Positions 12,901-24,100 of a DNA stretch of 64,000 bases are shown piece by piece. This DNA comes from Albugo candida (Eukaryota): positions 124,001-188,000 of the forward strand of contig JBDOQK010000011.1 of NCBI GenBank assembly GCA_040437565.1, given 5' to 3'. The notes under the pieces are model-generated. The model made no database searches. It was not told the origin of the DNA and saw only the letters and a program-made list of their open reading frames with translations. Every line of letters starts with the position of its first letter. Position 1 is the first letter of the stretch. Position numbers and translations under genes: made by a program.

Positions 12901-14340
12901 CACTTGTGCCACTTGTCAAAGCCAGGCACCGAGCCATTTAAATTGTGTGGGATATTACCACGTGACAAATATACCGATAAGGCCTCTCCATCTTCACACT
13001 ATGTGATTTGCAATCGGAACCTTCGAATGAGCACAAGTTCAAGCATTCGCGATTACTTATCTCGAGGTTATGGCAGGTAATGACGCATTCGGCCTCTTTA
13101 ACCTCTACTTAAAAAAATACCCAAATGGTGCTTATGAGTCAAAGCCTGAGCAAGACACGTGCATATACATTGCTGAGAATGATCTGTATATCGCACAATG
13201 TATATCTCCATTACATGCCCTCATACTTGCGCAGCAATGAATTACAAAGCATTCACAAACAACTCCTTTGATCATTCGGCTCTATCGGGGATTGCCGAGG
13301 TACCTTGTTGATGAAATGGAAGATGGTGTCGAAGTACACTTACACAAATCGTATTCGATTTTCTCGTATCATAATACTTGGTTCCCGCGCGCTTGTTTGA
13401 CAAATGAGTCAGAGCTTGTGCTTTCCAGTGACGCTACATAGCGTTTACGGCTTGATACGGCTGGACGTGGGTTCGCAACATAAGCTAAACTTTCTTGTTT
13501 ATGAATGCGCGGTTCGCTTTCGTTTTGTGCATAGTCTAGTGTCAGGATTTGTGTTGCCAAAAAAGAACGAGGCAGTTGACCACACAAAGCAGGTGCGCTA
13601 GACGACCGACAATGAGAAAAAGAGGACAGTGGAAATGACGTTTGTCCGGCGGCATGGAAAAAATGTCGACATCCGTTTCGCGTTAGAATGACCAAACTAT
13701 GCACTAATTGAAGAGGATAAATCCACAATGCAAGATATTACATGTCTACTGAAATACGTCTCATTTCAAGCTTCCGATCCAGCATAGCTCCATTGAAAAG
13801 ACTTATAGGTAGAATCTTTTTGGAGCTTGCACGCAACGTCTACTATCAAAGTTTTTCATAGCTCATCATTCAGCTAAATTATGCATTCTGAGCCGGGGTA
13901 GATGCCTTCTTTCCCGTCTAGCTTGCATTGGCTTCGGCAATAATGTCTTCTAAAGCTGGTCGGCGCTAATTTGTAACTTACTGAGTGTCAATTACCTTTT
14001 CGTGTACACGAGCTTCACTATCATCTCTTTTCGGCTTGTTGGGTATCATCACACCGATCTCATTGACGCTTGATCCTCAACATGTTGGACAGCTGAAAAC
14101 TCGATTTGAGTTATCCAGATGACACCATTTAAGGATTTACCGACCCACTTCATCATCTCGGTATTTTTAAATGTTTCGCTCAATGCTGCATGTCAAAAAT
14201 CGCCAGATCTTCGAGCACAAGATGGGAGAGTACCCAGCATAAAAGGCTCTCGATGCTATATTCAAGGTCCAATTAAAAAGCCCGAAATCACTGCGATTGT
14301 GCAAAGGGATTTACTCTATTGTGTTAGTAGGCAAAGCTCT

Positions 14341-15462
14341 TCACACATCGGACACCACATCTTGAGCAATCGTCGCCTCACGGTTCACTTTCGAATCAGC
14401 AGACTGATACTGAGTAGCTTCATTGATAGACATTGTCTCCAACTTGTTGAATAAACGGATTGATTTGATCAAAATATTTGATGATGCCGAAATGATTCCT
14501 TCCAAAGTACTTGAAGCAGCTTCAGCTACAGGGGAATCCAACTGATGTACTTCCACTCGCACGACATCTTTCAGCTTTTCCACCTACACGCCTTCTGTAA
14601 TCACTTGAGACTTGATAATGTTTGTGACCTTACCGCGTCCTGGATGTCCTTAATACGCTCCAATAGAACACTGTACTCACAGATCTTTCCTTCACATGCT
14701 TTTTCAAGTGTCTCCTCTTTATTACTGAAATACAATGCACCAGGAGCCAGAATCCCAGCAGGAGCATCAAATTCTTGAATAGTTGCCATTCGCAGGCTAA
14801 CTCGATAGCGGCACATATCTATGGCTCGAAAATCCATCAATTGCATTGGTACTTGTTTATCGGTGAGCAGTATTTTTAGCTCCAATTGCATCGCAAGTGC
14901 CTCAGCGTCGTGTTCGGGACATTGACTCCCGTCATCAAAAACCATGGATTTATATCGCAAGTAAAGTGGCTCGATGGACCATCCTCGATAGATCCTGTGA
15001 AAATATATGAGAAGATCTCACCACATCTTATAGTCTTTGCGAACCCCAGTGTATAGCTGTGAAGTATAGTGCGATGATCTTTGTCGAACACCTGCAATAT
15101 GGCTTTCTCATACGGGCAAACGGTCAATTTTGCACTACAAATTTGTATGACAAACGCGTTTTTTTTCGCAGTCGATTGTACTCTTACTTTTGTGCTTTCC
15201 AGAAAGTGTCGAGATGAAGGCACTCGGGAAAATTTGTAGAAAACGGTCCTAACCAACAAAACGTCGCATGATAAAGGAGTGTCGGGTAAAACGTAATTTA
15301 CCGACCTAGAGGGGAATTTGGAGCGCGAAAGTGATCGACTGGTTTTACCACACCCGTGTGCGGGATAATACGAATTGGTACTCGTATAGCACACGTATAC
15401 AAAGAAGAATAAACGATCAGTAGAGCTAAATTTCGATGCCGTACGTTTCTAGCAGTATTCAT
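14341..15462 (-). CDS. Secretory-pathway protein with an MRH (mannose-6-phosphate-receptor homology) domain, GNPTG/PRKCSH-like; 5 inferred exons
   Basis: Manual splicing gives MNTARNVRHRNLALLIVYSSLYTCA...GPFSTNFPECL...LTVCPYEKAILQ...YTLGIYRGW...MVFDDGSQC...DMCRYRVSL, followed by a helical tail. The CPY..LG..W..M.FDDG..C..C.Y pattern is MRH-like. Confidence 0.65.
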
Positions 15463-15956
15463 CCGTGTTATATACACAGGCTACTATACTGCACTATCAT
15501 TCGACGCATACATCAGACTCAGATCTGAGGTGTGAGGTAGAGATTAACGGTCAGATATCGAGAATATTAACATTAATATTCATAAATCATATTATGACAC
15601 ATGCTAAGCCATGCAAAAAATAAAGTGTTGAGATGTGTACCCTATAGCGCGAAAATTATGTAACGGTATACACCGTCTTTGATTGGCCATCTATTTCTGA
15701 TACATTATTCACATTGGCTACATATCATCGGTACGAAATTTGGCGGAAAACCGACAGTTTTCGCACACAAAGCGATCGATAAAACAAGTGCACGGCTCTC
15801 GAGTGTGAAGGCGATTTCATACAGTCGATTTTGTAAACCTATCTATACAACAGGTCGAACAGCATTCTCTACTAAGCTCAACAGATTCGTTTGCCGTATC
15901 GAACACAATCGAACTGAGCTTTTTAGCACACTTCATTTAGCACTCTATTCAAGGAA

Positions 15957-18900
15957 ATGATCGATTTGAATTTACAGTCTTCTCCGACATGCGAAGCCGG
16001 CAGTTCCACTACGCCATATCATTTGGAAACGGAGTCTGCGGGAGATTCTGGTGAGAAAAAAGACAAAACGTTCAATGCGAAAGAAAGGCGGCATGAGGAT
16101 TTGAGTAATGTGGAAGTGGCAAAGGAGAGAAATGATCCATGCAACATAATTTCTCTTCGTTATCGAGCGGATAGTATGACGGATTCCGCCTTATCGGAAA
16201 CGGATGTGAAGAATACCGAAGATAAAGTGTGGGGTTTCTTTGAGAAAGTATTTTGTTTTTTGAAAGGATTGACCATTTATCAGACGAGAAGAAGGCTCAA
16301 GCTCATCATCGTGTGGCAAGCCGGTATTTGTACTTTTCGAATTATTCCCATTCTACTTGGAGTCTCCTACCGATCGACCGTCCCCGTTGTCATTTTGGTA
16401 AGCTTTTTTTCTGAATGTGCTGAGGTGTAAATGGACTCATCTTCTTCGTTAACGCTAGTATATCACGTTGATTTTCGGATGGCATGGAACCAAGTTTCTC
16501 GTTCCTCGTTTCTTACTGCTTTACAAAATTGGCATGCAAGTCAGCTTACTTATCGATGCGATTTGGTATCTGAAGGGATACAACGGGAAATTAACCAGTG
16601 TCAGTGAGGGCACTGCTTTGTTGATGCAGAGTTTGTTCTCTGTGATTCTCTCGTTTCTCAATATTGGTGGATTACTTTATGGATGGAAACTTCGTCGTCT
16701 TGTCAAAGTAGCTGAATCATCGCGTGAGTTTGATCGTGCTGCGTTAGCTACTATGGTACCTCCAGTGGATGCACAGCTACATTCGTCTGTGGATGGAGCG
16801 TTTAGTCGATTGACAAAAAGCGCCGATCAAGAAGACGACGAAGCAGACCACAAAGCATCCCGTCGAGTTATCACTGTAGGAAGTCGGCAAAGCAGTCGTT
16901 GTGAAGAACAATCTACTCTCTCACGCTCACTGAAAAGCACAGAAGATGACTCCACATGGCAACAAACTTTAGAAAATCGTAGCATGGACACGAGTAAACA
17001 ACAAACCCAAGCTTCCTTCCCGTCCAATTTGGTCGAAAGCAGTAAATACACTCTGCTCAACTTTCCATTCGTATTTCTCAAAATGCAATTCAGCCGATTA
17101 GCCAACATTTACACAACAATGGTCGTAATGCTGTGCTTCTTCAGCTTCTCTCCAGTTAGTCCGATCTCAAGTCTGACACCTCTACTGATTGTATTTGCGA
17201 CGTCAGCCATTAAGGATTTCACGGAAGATTTGAGGCGTAAAAAGTCGGATGAAAAAGTCAATTCAAGACCAGCTCATTTGGTGCGATATGATCCTGATTC
17301 GGTTCAAGGCTCGGCTCTTTCGCAGATCGAAGCTACTTGGAAAGATATTCGAGTAGGCGATATCGTACTTTTACGAGATGGAGAGGAAGTCCCGGCAGAC
17401 TGTATTCTACTCGCTACAAGTCGACAAGACGGGCGATGTTATGTGGAAACTGCGAATTTGGATGGTGAAACGAATCTCAAGATACGAAGTGTTGTGCCTC
17501 TCACGAAGCATTTTCTCACAGCAGAAGACATTTTACAACAGCATCAACTATACGTCGAATGCGATGAGCCAAATAAGGATCTTTTCAGCTTTGACGGTAT
17601 TCTCAAGCTTCACAATCGTCGGGAAAATGCGTCGAATGTATACTGCTGTCGTAAATCTGACGGTAGTCAACAAAGAAACAGCGACAGCTTTTCAAACGCA
17701 TTCAATACTGCAGTGTGTGATGACGAGAAAATGGCGAGTTTGAACATTGAGAATCTCATTCTCCGTGGAAGTGAGAGTCGAAATGCTACATGGACAATGG
17801 GTCTCGTTATTTACACGGGCAAAGATACCAAGATCATGCTGAATTCTTCGGGTGTGCCTTTGAAACGAAGCTCTGTGGAAAAGAGTCTGGATACAATGTT
17901 TGTGCTTGTACTGCTGTTGTTATTTGGCATATCGATTGCGTGCACATTGGGCAACAATGACTGGGATTTAGACCCTGGAACTACCGCTTCTTTATGGTAT
18001 CTTGGCTTGGGCGAGGCCAATAGCTACATTTTTCTCAGCTATGTGATCCTATTCAACAACTTGATCCCATTGTCCATGTACGTGACCATGGAAGGTGTTC
18101 GTTTTGTGCATGCGCGCTTTATCGAAAACGACTTGGAAATGTATGACGCAGCTACCGACACGCCCGCTCAAGTGCGCAATAGCAATATCAACGAGGATTT
18201 AGGCCAGATTCAGTATATATTCTCGGACAAAACAGGCACATTGACGCGTAATGAGATGGTTTTCGCAAAGTGTACGATTGCTGGTCTGCGGTATAATGAC
18301 GTCGATGCAAGTGTCCATGGACAGACTGAGTTTGGAAGCTGTGCAGGCACACGATTCACAGATCAAAGACTACTGGCTCGACTGAATGCGAATCACTCGA
18401 CGAAAGAATACATTCACGAGTTTTTGTTACTTCTTACAATCTGCAACACAGTGATCCCCGAAGTAAGCGGAACCAATTGTCCGGATAGCAATGAATCGAC
18501 CGATCAAAATTGTCACGTGACCGATAACGTAAAGTCATCCCCGCATGCGTCCCATGTACTACGATACAATGCGGCATCACCCGATGAATTGGCGCTTGTA
18601 CTCGCAGCGAAAGAGCTCGACTACGTTTTGGCTGGACGGGATGGAAGTTTTTGTCACACCTGCATACAAGGTCAATCGATGATGTTTGAGATTCTCCACG
18701 TGCTGGAATTCAACAGTGATCGTAAACGAATGTCTGTGATTGCTCGACATCCCGATGGGCGGATTGTTTTGTACTGCAAAGGCGCTGATGATGTTCTATT
18801 CGATCTTCTCTCCAAGTCACAACCTCAAGGTGTTGCTCATGTAACTCGTGGGCATTTACAAGAATACGCTTCGGAAGGGTTACGAACACTTACAGCAGCG

Positions 18901-20996
18901 ATGCGTGTCTTACCACAAGAGGAATACGATCGATGGAGAGTTCTCTATCGAGAAGCGGAGATGTCAATGTACGGTCGAGCAGGAAAAATTTCTAAAGTAT
19001 CGGCAATGATCGAAGTGGATTTGACACTTTTGGGTGCCACAGCCATCGAAGATCGACTCCAAGAAGGCGCAGAAGAATGTATTACTTCATTGAGGAAGGC
19101 GGGGATCAAGTTTTGGGTGCTTACCGGCGATAAAAAGGAGACAGCTATCAGTATCGGAATGTCATCTCAAGTGATCGACGACGATATGGACGTGATTGTG
19201 CTGGGCCAACGCGATAAAGTATCTCTACGATCACGATTAGAAGAGCTATATGTAGAGCTTGTCGATGATAAGTGGGGATCGGACGAGAATGCTTCCGTGA
19301 CTATGGTGCTTGTGGAAGCCGCCAAGAAGGCAGGACAAATGCTTTATGAGGTACTACATCAAGCAATTGTTGGTCGTGATCAACAGACAGAGCAACGTCG
19401 TCGTCGTCGTCGTGTGCGAAATCGCGAAGACATACAGAATGAAAATGAGTTTAACGTACAAGCGAGTCAAAGCGGTCATCACAGTGCGTTAGGCGATAAA
19501 ACAGAAGGGAGAAATGAATTGTTTGACGAAGTCTATTCTGTGGGGATGGATCACGGTCTTGGCGATCAAGTGTTCGAGCCACAAGCACAAGCTGGCAAGA
19601 CCGAAGAGTTTCACGATGAAGATGTCGGGTACGCTATGGTGATCGACGGACAAACATTATCGCTTGTATTGGACAATGATATCAAGTATCTGTTCCTGGC
19701 AGTGGCCACGCAATGCAAATCGGTCATTTGCTGCCGATGTTCTCCTTCACAAAAGGCAGCTGTTGTGAAGCTTGTGACGGAACCAACTTTGATGTTTTCT
19801 CCCGGAAATATAAGTTTAGCGATTGGTGATGGCGCTAATGACGTTCCAATGATACAAGCGGCAAATGTTGGTGTCGGGATATCTGGAAAAGAAGGACGTC
19901 AAGCTGTGTTATCGAGTGATTACTCCTTTGCGCAATTTCGATTTCTCAAACGCTTGCTTCTGGTCCATGGAAACTACAGCTACAAACGCATCTCCAAACT
20001 CATTTTGTTTTCGTTCATGAAGGTATGTAGGCAGCCTCGAGCTCTGATAGGATTTCTCACTTGTTTTGATCGTAGAACGTTGCATTATCGCTGTCGAATT
20101 TCTTTCTTGCGACGTATTCCATGTACAGCGGTGTACTGATGTATTTTGGCATCTTCTTCACGCTATATAATGCGCTTTTCACAACGATTCCAATTGTGGT
20201 TATTGCAATGTACAATCAGGATGTGTCTCCGGCTGTTTTGATGCAATATCCGAGTTTGTATGTGAATGGACTTCGGAATCGTTCGTTCAATTGGATCACA
20301 TTTTTCGGATGGTGCGGCTTGGGCATGTGGCACGCCTATGCGATCTATGCGATCACGTTCTTCACAAATGGATTTGTGGTGTATTATTTCGCCAATGACG
20401 AACATGGGCCAACGGATTTCGGGGAAGAAGATGTGGGTTTATGGGCGTGTGGAGTAGCGGCGTACACGTACTTGATCACGGCCTCGACTGCTCAGGTCGC
20501 TCTTATGACCAGCAATTGGACGCGAACAAATGTTATCGCTACGGTTGGAACGCTTTTATTTTACTATCTTTTCGCTGCATTTTTCTGTAACGTGTACGGA
20601 TGGACGGGTGGCGATATCTACGAGATTGGAACGGCTTATTCGACGCTGAATAAGCTTGTGAAAACCGCATGGTTTTGGTTCGGCCTCGTGCTGGTTGCCA
20701 TTGTCGCAGTGCTGCCGAATTATATCGCGAAAACAGGTCGTGTTTTATTTTATCCAGAACCTGCGGATCTTATGCGAGAATGGAATCGATTGAAGCGGAA
20801 AAGAGATGCAACGGAATGGAAACCTACTCAGGAAGTAGAATCACCACGACTTGTTCGAAATGCCACAGGCTTTGCATTTTCGAATTGTCCCCAAGAAAGC
20901 GAAATGGTATTTACACAGAGAAATGGATTCTCTGATACATATAGCGATTCCCCCACAAAAGAGACTTTATTACTGTCAAGATCCGATACCCAATAG
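15957..20996 (+). CDS. P4-type ATPase (phospholipid flippase), 3 exons
   Basis: ETANLDGETNLK, FSDKTGTLT, EFNSDRKRMS, KGAD, TGDKKETA, CCRCSPSQKA and IGDGANDVPMI motifs. Introns at about 16398-16459 and 20023-20075. Confidence 0.95.
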
Positions 20997-21126
20997 CCCA
21001 AAGACCATACATCATACCCGGCATCGAATTCCGACTGCCGACTTGGATTCAATCAAGAGCTGCGCCTATTTAGGATCCGATGGAATGCTCCATCACAAGT
21101 ATACAATGCATCTTTTCATCGTTTGC

Positions 21127-24100
21127 TCATAGAATTCTGTCGAGGTCAATATCGTCGGAAAAAGCCGAGTCGATGGCTAGGTCGTGAATGTACTCTTTGT
21201 TGTCAATGATCGCTGCGATGAGAACGAAATTGTCACAATTTACAATGCGTTTAAAAACAACGTACAATACGAATGGCACCCAACAATCCAATTCTCCTCG
21301 CGATATTGCTCAGCGCCCGACATTGTTTTTCGTCGTTTTTGTAATTCGCCTTTACTGTGGAGTCTTGGCGAAGCAATTCGTTTATCAAGCGCTTGTTGGA
21401 ATTTCTGTTGTAGTTCTCGTCGTAATCGCTTGGATTGAAGCTTTTCTCGCAAGATGATTGTTGGAATTGCTACGATTGGGAACTCAATCACAAATTCCGA
21501 GCGAGGAATAAGGTACCGTCAAAGTAATTGGGAAGGCCTTTGACAGCTTTTGTCGTTGCGAGACGCGTCTTAAGCATTGGACACAAATTCTGAAACATGG
21601 CTGGAACGTACTCGAAAAGTATCCGCATGATGATGAGCACACAGGCGCTGGCAAAGAATCCAAAGAGCACCACCACTTGCTTTCGAGTGACTCGACGAAA
21701 TATGTTTTGTTTCTCAGTCGGCTGAAAGGATGGAATTCCTTCTCCAATGAATTCGGTCTTTGGTGTACTCAGCTCGACGTGAATGTCATCTTGCTACGAA
21801 AGAACGACGTGAAGCGGCGAAAATGGAACTCGAGCGATTGGATACCGTTTGGAAAATCAGACTGTTGGAAAACATCCACAAAGCTACGCAACAATGCAAT
21901 ACAACCGCATACGGAAGCAATGATCCAGTCATTCGAGCAATTTTCGCGTCGTATAATGGAGGTGATCGTGTAATTCGCAAAAATGCTATAGCAATCGATT
22001 CAGAAAAATCACATCGCTTGACAATTGCAAACGTACTGAATTTATCGGCCCAATATGTGATGAAAATGCCACAGAATCCAATCACATGAAGCAGTGGCAT
22101 CCCGGCAGAAAGAAGATACGTGATGAAAATTGTGGTCAAAATCTGTGCGTATCGTTGTGCAAGATCGAATTTTGGACCACGATACAACGTGTCTAGATCT
22201 CGTTGTGTGTCTTGCTTGGTTCTCGAATAATCAAAAGTACACCCACGATCCCAAAAGCGCTTGATTTCAAGACGAAGATACGTCACAAAAGTATTCAGAT
22301 GTGGGGACAGAATATTGATGATCATGGTCAGCATGAGAGACACACCAACGTCCTGGTACCACTCGGCTGAAAAATCTCCGTATTTGCCGCTGAGAAATTG
22401 GAAGGAAGATACGTTGATGGAAGCCATGTGTTTTGTTGGATAAAACGATTGTATATTTGCGTTGATGATAATTACAAGCAAAGCCGTGTTGCAGAGTTGT
22501 GCGAGGAAAATCTTGATCACCTGAGAAATTATATGCGCAGATTCGGTGTGATACTTTTCCATTTTCACGAAAATCCTGCAATTTCTCGTGAAAATGGAAA
22601 AGNNNNNNNNNNNNNNNNNNNNNNNNNNNNNNNNNNNNNNNNNNNNNNNNNNNNNNNNNNNNNNNNNNNNNNNNNNNNNNNNNNNNNNNNNNNNNNNNNN
22701 NNACCACTCGGCTGAAAAATCTCCGTATTTGCCGCTGAGAAATTGGAAGGAAGATACGTTGATGGAAGCCATGTGTTTTGTTGGATAAAACGATTGTATA
22801 TTTGCGTTGATGATAATCACAAGCAAAGCCGTGTTGCAGAGTTGTGCGAGGAAAATCTTGATCACCTGAGAAATTATATGCGCAGATTCGGTGTGATACT
22901 TTTCCATTTTCACGAGAAATTGCAGGATTTTCGTCAGTAAGAGATTCACAATCACAACCATCAGAACGGAAGCTACCGAAAGTGATTGTGCTGTGAGGAA
23001 AGACTTGGCCCATGCTTTGCAATATTTATGCGCAGCTCCCGTGAGAGGATTGATGTCGAATTCTTCATTCATCATTTCCTGGAAAGATAGTTTGTGTAAT
23101 AGAGCCTCGCAATAACACCCTACAAGCGCTTTGTACACTGAAGCTTCAGTCTGTTTATTGTATTCATCCAACACGACGTCATCTTTCGTGATATTCGCGG
23201 GGCAAGAAGTTGTGCGTCCGAATTCCTGGTCGAGTTGACCCTTTTCATACTTTGCGAGAAATANNNNNNNNNNNNNNNNNNNNNNNNNNNNNNNNNNNNN
23301 NNNNNNNNNNNNNNNNNNNNNNNNNNNNNNNNNNNNNNNNNNNNNNNNNNNNNNNNNNNNNNNGAGAGGATTGATGTCGAATTCTTCATTCATCATTTCC
23401 TGGAAAGATAGTTTGTGTAATAGAGCCTCACAATAACACCCCACAAGCGCTTTGTACACAGAAGCTTCAGTCTGTTTATTGTATTCATCCAACACGACGT
23501 CATCTTTCGTGATATTCGCGGGGCAAAAAGTTGTGCGTCCAAATTCCTGGTCGAGTTGACCCTTTTCATGCTTTGCGTGAAGTATGATAAAAAAGCTCAC
23601 AAGCAGAAAAGATAGCGCGCACAGATTCACAACCCAACGTCTAAAAAAGCGCTCCAAGCCAGAGTAATGCAGATTTTCCCATTTGATGTCGCTCGGATCC
23701 GGTGCTGGAGAAAATCGTAANNNNNNNNNNNNNNNNNNNNNNNNNNNNNNNNNNNNNNNNNNNNNNNNNNNNNNNNNNNNNNNNNNNNNNNNNNNNNNNN
23801 NNNNNNNNNNNNNNNNNNNNGACCCTTTTCATGCTTTGCGTGAAGTATGATAAAAAAGCTCACAAGCAGAAAAGATAGCGCGCACAGATTCACAACCCAA
23901 CGTCTAAAAAAGCGCTCCAAGCCAGAGTAATGCAGATTTTCCCATTTGATGTCGCTCGGATCCGGTGCTGGAGAAAATCGTAATCGTTTGCCATGTAATC
24001 TTCTCTCCTTTGGTTGAAAGAATCGATGTAAAGCTCCTAGATCCGGGTACACTTGCAAGCACCGTTGGAAGCCTTCTTCCTCTTCAAACGTTATGAACGC

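Noticed and set aside
19396-19413. (CGT)6 microsatellite
   Set aside because: Simply encodes a poly-Arg run in a P4-ATPase loop.
22552-22602. Perfect inverted repeat / apparent micro-inversion (CTTTTCCATTTTCACGA...TCGTGAAAATGGAAAAG)
   Set aside because: It lies at a contig end and is the reverse complement of the true sequence at about 22898-22933, which has a short natural inverted repeat. Best explained as a fold-back chimeric read.
22358-23983. Apparent internal tandem repeats in the channel protein
   Set aside because: Each repeat pair straddles a 100-N gap; these are unmerged contig overlaps.
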